Below, piece after piece: positions 1 through 7,615 of a stretch of DNA of 28,567 nt (position 1 is the first letter of the stretch; every line of letters begins with the position of its first letter). The notes beneath the pieces were generated by a model. The model worked only from the letters and a program-made list of their open reading frames with translations. It ran no database searches and had not been told where the DNA came from. Made by a program: the position numbers and the translations under genes. This DNA comes from a virus (taxonomy: Duplodnaviria > Caudoviricetes): the IMG/VR virus record IMGVR_UViG_3300047290_000213, positions 1 to 28,567 of that record, one strand, 5' to 3'.

Positions 1-54
1 GGTGTGATACCGACACCATCTGTGTTATAAATGCCTGGTCGCGTGATCGATTTA

Positions 55-723
55 CTATGCCCTGCATCGATCTCCGTGCCAACGAGCATAATTAGATAGT
101 CCTTTGCCACGTTTCCCGCAATGTCCACAGGTCCATTCTTTTTGACTTGAATGCTGTCCAAGTCTTAGTAGTTCTTGGTTTCTTTCAAGTAGCATCTTCC
201 TGTGAGCGGGATCAAAGAAGTTATGGGTTTTATTCTCTATCGTCGGTAACAGCTTCTTCAACATACCTTCCTGCCATTCGACGCCGGTGGGTTTTGTCAA
301 TGATGAAACATTGACTTTGCCATTGTTATACCAATGAAATCCTCTAGTAGATACAGTTTGTATCCGGCCTTGACTCCAACCATCGCCAGGACATTGGGTA
401 CACAAGCAACTTTCTATCCCGTTATTGTACCACTTGTAACCATGGAATCCGCCGTCTTTTCCATTTTCTTCTTTGATGTTGGCCCACAACGGGGAACTGA
501 CTATATCGTTCGTTCGACTGAATTCCAGTGCAAACTTTTCGCATTCAGCTGGATCAGTGAATTCCCAAACATGCAGCGTTTCTATATCGTATCCATGCTT
601 GGCTAGGTGGCTTGACCAATACAGACCGGATCCGGTATAATTGTAAGGATTGCTATTTGTGGTTTTACCAAAATATTTGAGTCCGGTAATCCTGTGTTGC
701 TTAACGTACAGATAAGTAACCAT
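55..723 (-). CDS. GIY-YIG (Seg-like) homing endonuclease with two WYNNG repeats and a C-terminal Zn-finger
   Basis: N-terminus YLYVKQHRITGLKYFGKT..YTGSG..W is a GIY-YIG variant; repeats KWYNNG..GWSQGR and HWYNNG..EWQEGM; C-terminal CGHC..H..C. ATG at 723 follows an AAGGAG SD, so it is preferred over the track start at 780. Visibly more AT-rich than its flanks. Confidence 0.75.
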   Translation of the reverse strand: MVTYLYVKQHRITGLKYFGKTTNSNPYNYTGSGLYWSSHLAKHGYDIETLHVWEFTDPAECEKFALEFSRTNDIVSSPLWANIKEENGKDGGFHGYKWYNNGIESCLCTQCPGDGWSQGRIQTVSTRGFHWYNNGKVNVSSLTKPTGVEWQEGMLKKLLPTIENKTHNFFDPAHRKMLLERNQELLRLGQHSSQKEWTCGHCGKRGKGLSNYARWHGDRCRA

Positions 724-724
724 G

Positions 725-778
725 CTGACACTCCTTCTCAGTGTTAGGGCAGTTGGGGGTTCCCGCCCCGCGAACTGC
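725..778 (-). promoter_or_regulatory. Two-hairpin 5' leader of the endonuclease; the second hairpin sequesters the SD
   Basis: Minus-strand RNA: GCAGUU-CGC-GGGG-loop-CCCC-AACUGC, then CUAACACU-GAGAAGG-AGUGUCAG (7/8 pairs) directly before AUG. Confidence 0.6.
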
Positions 779-783
779 ACTTT

Positions 784-801
784 TATTTAGTACGATAAAT
801 A
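784..801. promoter_or_regulatory. Divergent pair of T4-type late promoter motifs (TAAATA)
   Basis: TATTTA at 784-789 (minus-strand TAAATA) and TAAATA at 796-801, between divergent genes. Confidence 0.65.
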
Positions 802-807
802 TGTATT

Positions 808-2004
808 ATGAGAGCCACTGAAATACAAAATCGACCCCACTTGTACCTCGATATGGATGGCACTATCGCAGATTTCTTTACTGCCTGGGCGAGGCTGCAC
901 GGCAAACGCAGTTATAAAGAAATCGGGGATCAAGCCCAAAGAGAAGCCAGCATCGTGCAACTGAATGCACGAGGACCTGAGTTCGTGTATGAGTTTTTTC
1001 GCACACTGCCGCCCTTGCACGGCGGTCTGGAATTGATCAGCTGGCTCAAAAGAAATCGTATACCATTCACTGTGCTGAGCGCACCCTTGCGCGGCAACGA
1101 ACAGGCCAGCATCGATGGCAAACGCGAATGGTTAGACAAGTACAATCCCGGTACTTCAGGATCGGCCATCTTTACCGGGGAGAAATTCCACTATGCCACC
1201 CGCGGTGGGCATGCCAATGTGTTGGTGGATGATTTCAAAAAATACATAGGCGCCTGGCGCCAAGCTGGGGGCACGGGCATACTCTACCGAGACAACAACG
1301 TGGACTCGGTGATCCAAGAGCTGTCGCGCATCTATGATGTGGATTCCAAACTGGATGAATCCCAGTTACAGGAATACAGCTACATGGATGCAGACATCCA
1401 GGATGTGTTGGAGCAAAAGGGCTACAAATTACTGGGCTCAGGCGTGGATCAAGCAGCATATCTGGCACCTGGGGGTGAGGCCGTGCTCAAAATATTTGGC
1501 TCCAAGCGCAGCGGCGCTGAGACCAGGACCCTGAGCAAGGATCAAAAAATGTTTTTACAATGGGCCCAATACTGTGCCAACCACGCGGGCAATCCATTCC
1601 TGCCCCGATTCCTCAAGGGCGAGGGGGGTCAGCCCTGGGCACCATTCCTGTTCCGGAATCGCCATTATCTCCAGATCTGGCAGGAACGCCTTTATCCCCT
1701 AACCTACACCCAGGGTGTAGTCCTGGTGGACCTAGTGGACATTTTTGGTCTAGGCAGTCTCCAGGAAATCATGCAGGTGCTGCGCACGGGTAAAGAAACT
1801 GAGTGGATCAAGCGATCAGACCTGGGCGTGGTCAAACAATTGATCAAAAAGTTGGGCCAGCGTCCAGTCTATCAGCTGCTCAAGACCATAAATGATCTAG
1901 ACCAAATCGCCAAAAAACAGGGCTGGGTGCTGGATCTGCATGAGGGCAATTTCATGCGGCGTCAGAACGGCCACCCGGTCATAGTGGACCCCTGGGTGGT
2001 CTAG
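808..2004 (+). CDS. Fusion of HAD 5'(3')-deoxyribonucleotidase-like domain and protein-kinase-like domain
   Basis: YLDMDGTIADF and LVDD HAD motifs; after a KLDESQLQE linker, LLGSGVDQAAY, VLKIF, DLHEGNFM and IVDP kinase-fold motifs. Confidence 0.75.
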   Translation: MRATEIQNRPHLYLDMDGTIADFFTAWARLHGKRSYKEIGDQAQREASIVQLNARGPEFVYEFFRTLPPLHGGLELISWLKRNRIPFTVLSAPLRGNEQASIDGKREWLDKYNPGTSGSAIFTGEKFHYATRGGHANVLVDDFKKYIGAWRQAGGTGILYRDNNVDSVIQELSRIYDVDSKLDESQLQEYSYMDADIQDVLEQKGYKLLGSGVDQAAYLAPGGEAVLKIFGSKRSGAETRTLSKDQKMFLQWAQYCANHAGNPFLPRFLKGEGGQPWAPFLFRNRHYLQIWQERLYPLTYTQGVVLVDLVDIFGLGSLQEIMQVLRTGKETEWIKRSDLGVVKQLIKKLGQRPVYQLLKTINDLDQIAKKQGWVLDLHEGNFMRRQNGHPVIVDPWVV

Positions 2005-2005
2005 C

Positions 2006-3103
2006 ATGCTACTGGATGATCTATTCCTGTCGGGCCAGATTTGCGAAACAGATCTGACACCGGGCACAGGTGCTGATCGTGCCCCCGAATGGATAAAAAA
2101 GGTCTATGACCAGTATCCCGCTACTTGGCAACGCAATCATGTCATGATCTGGGGTGAGGGCGATGATCAAGAACTGGCCATGTTTGAGTTGGTACCCAAT
2201 CCTGCCCGCCCCAATCACGTGGAAGTGAAATGGTTCCAGGCCTATCCCCTGCGTCGCGGCGTGGGCACCCGGGCCATGCGGGAACTGCAACGTCTGGCCC
2301 AAGAAGACGGTATTGTACTCACTCTGTATGCCTGGGACAAGGGGCAGGTCAGTCGCAGTCAGCTGATCAAATTCTATCGCAGTGTGGGATTCCGACCCAC
2401 TGCCACCCGGTCCGCCAGCATGAGCTGGCAGCCCCATCAAGTGGATGAAGGTTGGCGGGAAAAACTGGCCGGAGCAGCGGCCGTGGCCACGCTGGGCTAT
2501 GGCGGTCTCCACAACTATCAAGCACAGCAGCCCCTGCAGCAGGCGGCACCGCAGATCAAGCAGCAACGCCAGACCGCAGATACTGACCAGCGACTATACA
2601 AATTCGTGCCCCCGGAGCATCATGTGCTGTTGAACACTGCACGGCGTGCGGGACTGACTGGCACGGAGCTGGAACATTTGCTGGCACAGGTCAAGGCCGA
2701 GACTGGGCAGTTCCGACACATGGAAGAACAGCCGCCCCAGGGCGCTCGCAATCCCCAACGCTACTTCGCCAAGAAATACGACCGCAAAAAGATCTTGGGC
2801 AACGTGCGACCCGGTGATGGCTATCGATTCCGTGGTCGGGGCTATATCCAGCTCACAGGCCGGGACAACTACTCACGGGCCGGTCGTGCCTTGGGCTTGG
2901 ATCTGGTGAACAACCCCGATCTAGCAGCAGAACCCCACAATGCGGCCCGTATCGCCATATGGTTCTGGAAAAATCGTGTGGCACCCCGGGTAACGGATTT
3001 TGACTCAGCTTCGGTACAGGACGTGACCCGCGGTATCAATCCCGCACAAAAAGGCGCTGAAAAACGCGCTGCCTACTTCCAGCGAGTGAGTCAGCCCCGA
3101 TAA
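2006..3103 (+). CDS. Fusion of GNAT-like domain and GH19 chitinase/lysozyme-type muramidase
   Basis: RRGVGTRAM...LIKFYRSVGF GNAT motifs; C-terminal LAQVKAETG and DGYRFRGRGYIQLTGRDNY..AIWFW..VTRGIN are typical of GH19. Confidence 0.8.
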   Translation: MLLDDLFLSGQICETDLTPGTGADRAPEWIKKVYDQYPATWQRNHVMIWGEGDDQELAMFELVPNPARPNHVEVKWFQAYPLRRGVGTRAMRELQRLAQEDGIVLTLYAWDKGQVSRSQLIKFYRSVGFRPTATRSASMSWQPHQVDEGWREKLAGAAAVATLGYGGLHNYQAQQPLQQAAPQIKQQRQTADTDQRLYKFVPPEHHVLLNTARRAGLTGTELEHLLAQVKAETGQFRHMEEQPPQGARNPQRYFAKKYDRKKILGNVRPGDGYRFRGRGYIQLTGRDNYSRAGRALGLDLVNNPDLAAEPHNAARIAIWFWKNRVAPRVTDFDSASVQDVTRGINPAQKGAEKRAAYFQRVSQPR

Positions 3104-3105
3104 AA

Positions 3106-3861
3106 CTAACGTGCCTTGATCCAGGACAAGGCCCGTTGTATCAATGTGGGCCGGGCGGCCTGTGCCACAGCCTGGGGAGTGGCATAGAATTTATAGGCGC
3201 GGGTCAAGAGCCTGCGATAGCGTGGATCCCGAGTGCCTTCAGGATACAACTGTGTGAGTTGGCTCCGGGCAAATACTTGCTGTATAGCACGCCACAGGAT
3301 CTGCTGAGCCTGAGACTCTGTGCCCGGCTCGGAAAATAAATCATCAAGATTTTTTTGTTGCTGTATTTCTTGTGCCAAGCTGATCAAGGCTTCAGTGAGT
3401 CGGGCATCTATTTCATGCTGTAGCTGCAGATAGTGTTGATATGCCTTTTGGTCGGTGGCAACTGTCTTGGCATCAGCCTGACGCTTGAACTGTATGCCCT
3501 TGAAGGAGTCCATGGCATGCGTGAATTCATGTGCCAGTGTTTTGATCAGCTCGGGCTCATCGAGTTCAGGTCTGATCAAACTGGCATTTATCTTGATTTT
3601 ATTGTCAAAACGAGTCCAAGAACCAAGACTGGTGGGTCTCATGTGGCCTGATACCTGCACAGTCACGCCGTTGACAAGGTTGTTGACCGCGGCGTTTTGG
3701 AAGCGAGGCTGTACCACCTGTTTCAAGGCAAAGGCGTCATAGATGCGATTGGGTTGGTCACTTTGTTGCAGTTTTGCTAGATGCGCAGCTACCAAGCGAG
3801 CAATGGCCTCAATCTCTCGTATTTCTGCCGCGGTTTCACGCAGTATATCCCTGAGTTTCAT
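3106..3861 (-). CDS. Putative zincin metallopeptidase
   Basis: TLAHEFTHAMD HExxH motif with downstream HEIDAR. Confidence 0.6.
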   Translation of the reverse strand: MKLRDILRETAAEIREIEAIARLVAAHLAKLQQSDQPNRIYDAFALKQVVQPRFQNAAVNNLVNGVTVQVSGHMRPTSLGSWTRFDNKIKINASLIRPELDEPELIKTLAHEFTHAMDSFKGIQFKRQADAKTVATDQKAYQHYLQLQHEIDARLTEALISLAQEIQQQKNLDDLFSEPGTESQAQQILWRAIQQVFARSQLTQLYPEGTRDPRYRRLLTRAYKFYATPQAVAQAARPTLIQRALSWIKAR

Positions 3862-4373
3862 CGTCCAGTACTCCTGTAGGCCCGGCGAACGAAGCGCGGA
3901 TGTTCCTGCTTCAAATATTCTAGAAAACGTATGCCCTCGGGCGTGGCCATCATTTCCCGGAAGGTTTCGTGGCTCAGCAGGTCATGATATATTTTGGCGA
4001 ATCGCACACCGTGCTGGCTGGGACCAAACGCATGTACCAACTCGTGTACCAGAGTATAGAAATTCCTTTCACTGGGTGAAAGCTCTATTACTTGTCCTGG
4101 ACTGGTATCCATGGTATAGCTGAGTGGACGACCATGATACATAATCCCAGGACCAAAACGCAAATCAGGTTTTCTGCGCCGGCTGCCTAGGATGGGCACA
4201 TAGTGATCCCACAGTAAATCCAATGCGGCCTGCAGAGTTTTGAGGCTGCGTGGTCTGCGCATGTCCCAGATTCGTTCAATTATCTCGCCTTCGGTGCGAT
4301 AAAGGCGTCGTGTGGCCATGGCCTGCTTGGTAGCGGCACTGCGACGGGGCGGGGTGACTTCTTGCATACGCAT
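3858..4373 (-). CDS. Putative SprT/YgjP-like zinc metallopeptidase
   Basis: LVHELVHAFGPSQHGVRF (HExxH...H.F). Confidence 0.6.
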   Translation of the reverse strand: MRMQEVTPPRRSAATKQAMATRRLYRTEGEIIERIWDMRRPRSLKTLQAALDLLWDHYVPILGSRRRKPDLRFGPGIMYHGRPLSYTMDTSPGQVIELSPSERNFYTLVHELVHAFGPSQHGVRFAKIYHDLLSHETFREMMATPEGIRFLEYLKQEHPRFVRRAYRSTGR

Positions 4374-4377
4374 CGTG

Positions 4378-4395
4378 TACTTATCACGCTAAATA
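4378..4395. promoter_or_regulatory. Divergent late promoter pair (minus TAAGTA, plus TAAATA)
   Basis: TACTTA at 4378-4383 and TAAATA at 4390-4395, each 4 nt from its ATG. Confidence 0.6.
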
Positions 4396-4399
4396 ATTC

Positions 4400-5128
4400 A
4401 TGCGCCTTGATGAAATAACTCGTGCCCCAGCTTGGGGCGAAAAGAACAGTCCCGCAGCGCCGCGCCTGGACCGATTGCCAGCCAAGATCCGAGATCTGCC
4501 AGGACATCCGGGCTTTGTGTATCATGTGTATCGCAAGAACACATTGGGGTGGCGTTACGGCAGCTATCAGGTCCTGGAAGTATTGGAAAAGCGCACAGCC
4601 ACAGTGGCCGGGGCCTTGTATGTGCAACCTGACGACACGCTGATACGAGGTGGTGTGCAGGTGGCAGATGTGTTTCTGTTCCGGGAATTTCAGGGTCAGG
4701 GCCTGGCCGCAGCCATGTATCACACGCTGGCCGTGGATCTCAACCGTGTCATAGTGGCAGATCAAGATCCCGAAGGTGGGCAAACGCCCCAGGCCCGCAA
4801 AATGTGGGCTGCCATGAACCAGGGTCTGTCTGGGGTGGTCATCAAAGGCTGGGTAAAAATAGATGTTGACAGTTATGATTTTCGACAGGATGCCAAGGAA
4901 GAAGATCGCGTGGTGCAGGCCATAATGGATCTGGGTGGCCAATGGCTGTGGCATGACAACGAAGAATGGGCCATAATGTTTGACGTTCGACCCAACAGCA
5001 CGGGCCGTGAGCTCACGGCCGTGGTCAACAATGCGCTTTCGCGCTATGTTTATACTGGCCAGCAGGGCAGCGAATATGAATCGGGACTGGTCATGATGAG
5101 CGATCAGAATTACCAAAAATTGATCTAG
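4400..5128 (+). CDS. GNAT-like acetyltransferase-fold protein
   Basis: VADVFLFREFQGQGLAAAMY (acetyl-CoA-binding motif A) and QTPQARKMW. Confidence 0.6.
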   Translation: MRLDEITRAPAWGEKNSPAAPRLDRLPAKIRDLPGHPGFVYHVYRKNTLGWRYGSYQVLEVLEKRTATVAGALYVQPDDTLIRGGVQVADVFLFREFQGQGLAAAMYHTLAVDLNRVIVADQDPEGGQTPQARKMWAAMNQGLSGVVIKGWVKIDVDSYDFRQDAKEEDRVVQAIMDLGGQWLWHDNEEWAIMFDVRPNSTGRELTAVVNNALSRYVYTGQQGSEYESGLVMMSDQNYQKLI

Positions 5129-5169
5129 GGGTCAGGTCAATCTCCAGCTGTGCTCCAAGCGGATCGCGC

Positions 5170-5175
5170 TAAATA
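5170..5175 (+). promoter_or_regulatory. Late promoter motif TAAATA
   Basis: GCTAAATATCAC-ATG, same context as 4388-4402. Confidence 0.6.
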
Positions 5176-5179
5176 TCAC

Positions 5180-6004
5180 ATGCGCCTCAGCGAAATCATC
5201 ACAGAAGCACCACTCACTGACTACATGCCCCTGGGAGATTTTGAACGGGGTAAAGGTGGGTTCCGCCACGACGTGGATCGGAAGCTGGTCACAAATCCCG
5301 TGACCATTGGCAAGCTGTACAAATTCTTCAGTCGCACTCCCTATGATGTGCGCATCTTTCCGGTACAGGTACGGGGCGGTGGTCGTTGGCTGGAAATCGG
5401 CGAAGTGGATCGGGAGCGACTGGTCCAGGCCGTGGGCGTTGGCAATGCGCAGCGCGTATTGAGCGGACAAGGTCCTGACAACATCACCGTGGTGTTTACC
5501 AACAACACCGGTGCCGAACGCATACCACTCACACCCTGGATGATGGCGCACAGGATGGGCCATGCCATACGACGTGGCGGTGCTGCGGTTGCTTGGGAAA
5601 CAGCAAGCAAGCATTTCTGGCGCGGCCTTGATCAGATTCTCAGAGACTTTTATCGCATATCAAACGATCGTTCCATAGAAGGAACCAATCCCCAGACGTA
5701 TCGTGCCATGATCGATGCCATTGGTACCATGCGCAGCGCCCGTCAGCGCACCATCACGCGCCCGGCAGAATTCATATATGAGATGTTCGCCCAATATCTC
5801 AACACCGGTGAAGTTACTTTCAATCCCGCACCTAGGCAGCTGATGGGTCGTAGACAGGCCTGGGGCAGACCCCAGACACTGCGCAGCATTGGGCCCCAGC
5901 AGCAGCAGGAGGCCACGCAGGATCTAGAAACCCTGAGCCATGACATGGAACTGCTGTTCAATGATGTCATGAGTCAGGCCATGGGCAGAATATATGTGAT
6001 GTGA
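5180..6004 (+). CDS. Hypothetical protein, possibly a degenerate zincin fold
   Basis: Starts MRLSEIITEA; contains MAHRMGHAI and a later YEMFAQY. Start moved to the ATG at 5180. Confidence 0.55.
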   Translation: MRLSEIITEAPLTDYMPLGDFERGKGGFRHDVDRKLVTNPVTIGKLYKFFSRTPYDVRIFPVQVRGGGRWLEIGEVDRERLVQAVGVGNAQRVLSGQGPDNITVVFTNNTGAERIPLTPWMMAHRMGHAIRRGGAAVAWETASKHFWRGLDQILRDFYRISNDRSIEGTNPQTYRAMIDAIGTMRSARQRTITRPAEFIYEMFAQYLNTGEVTFNPAPRQLMGRRQAWGRPQTLRSIGPQQQQEATQDLETLSHDMELLFNDVMSQAMGRIYVM

Positions 6005-6006
6005 TC

Positions 6007-6381
6007 ATGCGAGCCCAGGAATTTGAATCCCAAACAGCATCAGGTCCAGACATCTTGCGATATGTCAAGAGCATACACGATGACTTCCGGCTGGATCGTG
6101 AAATACTCAAGCATGCCCACTGGCGGTTGACCGAGGTGCCCTTGAGCTCGTTGCACATACCCGATCCCGAATCAGGCGTCGATCCCCAAGACCCCTATGA
6201 TCGGGTGCAGTGGATCGACATGTATCACGTGGATGAAATCCGACCCCGGGACATCAAACGCCGGCCCATAGTGGTGGACACAGACGGGCACATCCTGGAC
6301 GGCAACCACAGGGCCCTGGCAGCACGACTCCAGGGCATGAGCACCATACCGGCCTGGCGACCCCTGGAGGACACACTGTGA
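6007..6381 (+). CDS. ParB/Srx-like domain protein
   Basis: PIVVDTDGHILDGNHRALAA motif. Confidence 0.7.
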   Translation: MRAQEFESQTASGPDILRYVKSIHDDFRLDREILKHAHWRLTEVPLSSLHIPDPESGVDPQDPYDRVQWIDMYHVDEIRPRDIKRRPIVVDTDGHILDGNHRALAARLQGMSTIPAWRPLEDTL

Positions 6382-7601
6382 TACTGAGTGATTTCCTGGG
6401 CGAAGCCCTGCACTTTGTCCGGCCTGGTGAGCTGCGGGGCAGTTATACCAACCAGGATCTGATCCGGATGGGCTTCCGACAGGCCTCCACGGGTGCTTGG
6501 TACATAGATCAGCGCCGCTGGGATCAGTTGGTGGCCCAGGGTCAGCTGAGGGAACAACAGGCACTACAGGAGCGGGTGAGCAGCACTCTCTATCACTATA
6601 CCAATGTGTATGCTGGTGCCAAGATCATGCAGCAGGGTCAGTTTGAGCTGACCAGTGTGTTGGGTACCGATTGGGAACAGAGATTCGCTCCCCCGGGCTA
6701 TCCCTACTATCTCAGCGCCACGCGCACCCTGACCGGTGGCTACCACGACTACGTGGGCAGTGCAGCAGTGATGTTTGTGCTGGCGGGTGACTGGTTCAAC
6801 GCTCGCTTTCCGGGCAATGCCGTGGATTACTGGGGTAACCGTGCACCAGATCAAAGCCGGCACCGCGCCCACGAAGCCGAGGATCGCATATTCAGCAAGC
6901 GGCCTACTATGGGTCTAGGCGGAGTCCAGGCCGTGCATGTGCTGGTCAAACCCGATGCCGAGCCCAATCGTCGTACCTGGGCGCGGCAGCTGATCATGGC
7001 AGCCAAAAAACGCGGTATCCCCGCCTATCTCTACAGCGACGAAAAGGCCTGGCGGCGATTTGACACCAGTCACACTGCGCCCGTGAGCACTCTGCGTGGT
7101 GAGATCTCCTATGGTCGATCGCCCAGCCGGCACCGGGGCTATCTCATGCCCTGGATGGAACTGATGTTTGGCCAGGACCAGGCACGACTCAGCAAGCGAG
7201 CCGACCAGCTGCGCTACAACCTCAACTACCACTACAACGCCCAAGACGCTGTGCGCAGCCTGGGCACTGACCTCGGCAATGCCCGCAAGCCCGACTCAGG
7301 ACCGGATCGTGAACATGCGGTCAAGATCATTGATCTCATGCGCCGCAATGGGTTGAAGACCTTGTCAGATCTCGTGAACTGGATCCGAGATCGTTGGCAG
7401 CCTAAACCCGCTGGGGTGGATGAGAATTTTGCGGATGGTAAAAACCCTGGGCGCAAAGGACTCAGCCGTAGGGTGGGCATTCCTCGCAAAGCCAGCCTTG
7501 CATTACTGGCTAAAATAGCACGATCCAGCACCGGTGAACGGCGCCGCATGGCACAATGGCAGCTGAACATGCGCCGGGGCCGGGCCAGAAAAAATAAATA
7601 A
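6378..7601 (+). CDS. Multi-module hypothetical protein; central domain possibly ADP-ribosyltransferase-like; basic C-terminal module
   Basis: GTG start, MILSDFLGEA; LYHYT..YLSATR..EAEDR pattern; after GVDE a K/R-rich module NFADGKNPGRKG... Confidence 0.5.
   Translation: MILSDFLGEALHFVRPGELRGSYTNQDLIRMGFRQASTGAWYIDQRRWDQLVAQGQLREQQALQERVSSTLYHYTNVYAGAKIMQQGQFELTSVLGTDWEQRFAPPGYPYYLSATRTLTGGYHDYVGSAAVMFVLAGDWFNARFPGNAVDYWGNRAPDQSRHRAHEAEDRIFSKRPTMGLGGVQAVHVLVKPDAEPNRRTWARQLIMAAKKRGIPAYLYSDEKAWRRFDTSHTAPVSTLRGEISYGRSPSRHRGYLMPWMELMFGQDQARLSKRADQLRYNLNYHYNAQDAVRSLGTDLGNARKPDSGPDREHAVKIIDLMRRNGLKTLSDLVNWIRDRWQPKPAGVDENFADGKNPGRKGLSRRVGIPRKASLALLAKIARSSTGERRRMAQWQLNMRRGRARKNK
7595..7600 (+). promoter_or_regulatory. 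Late promoter motif TAAATA
   Basis: TAAATA overlapping the upstream stop, followed by AAGGA and ATG at 7616. Confidence 0.5.
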
Positions 7602-7615
7602 AGCAAGGACCCCAC

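Noticed and set aside
1-54. Partial gene or small hairpin (GGTGT..ACACC) at the left edge
   Set aside because: Too little sequence to assign frame or function.
1-780. Endonuclease lying inside a group I intron
   Set aside because: It has its own promoter motif and SD; no interrupted host gene or intron core is visible, though the left flank is truncated.
4280-5116. 278-aa minus-strand ORF and other long antisense ORFs (e.g. 9963-10601, 18378-18980, 21790-22431)
   Set aside because: Shadows of motif-bearing genes on the other strand, with no recognisable motifs or start signals.
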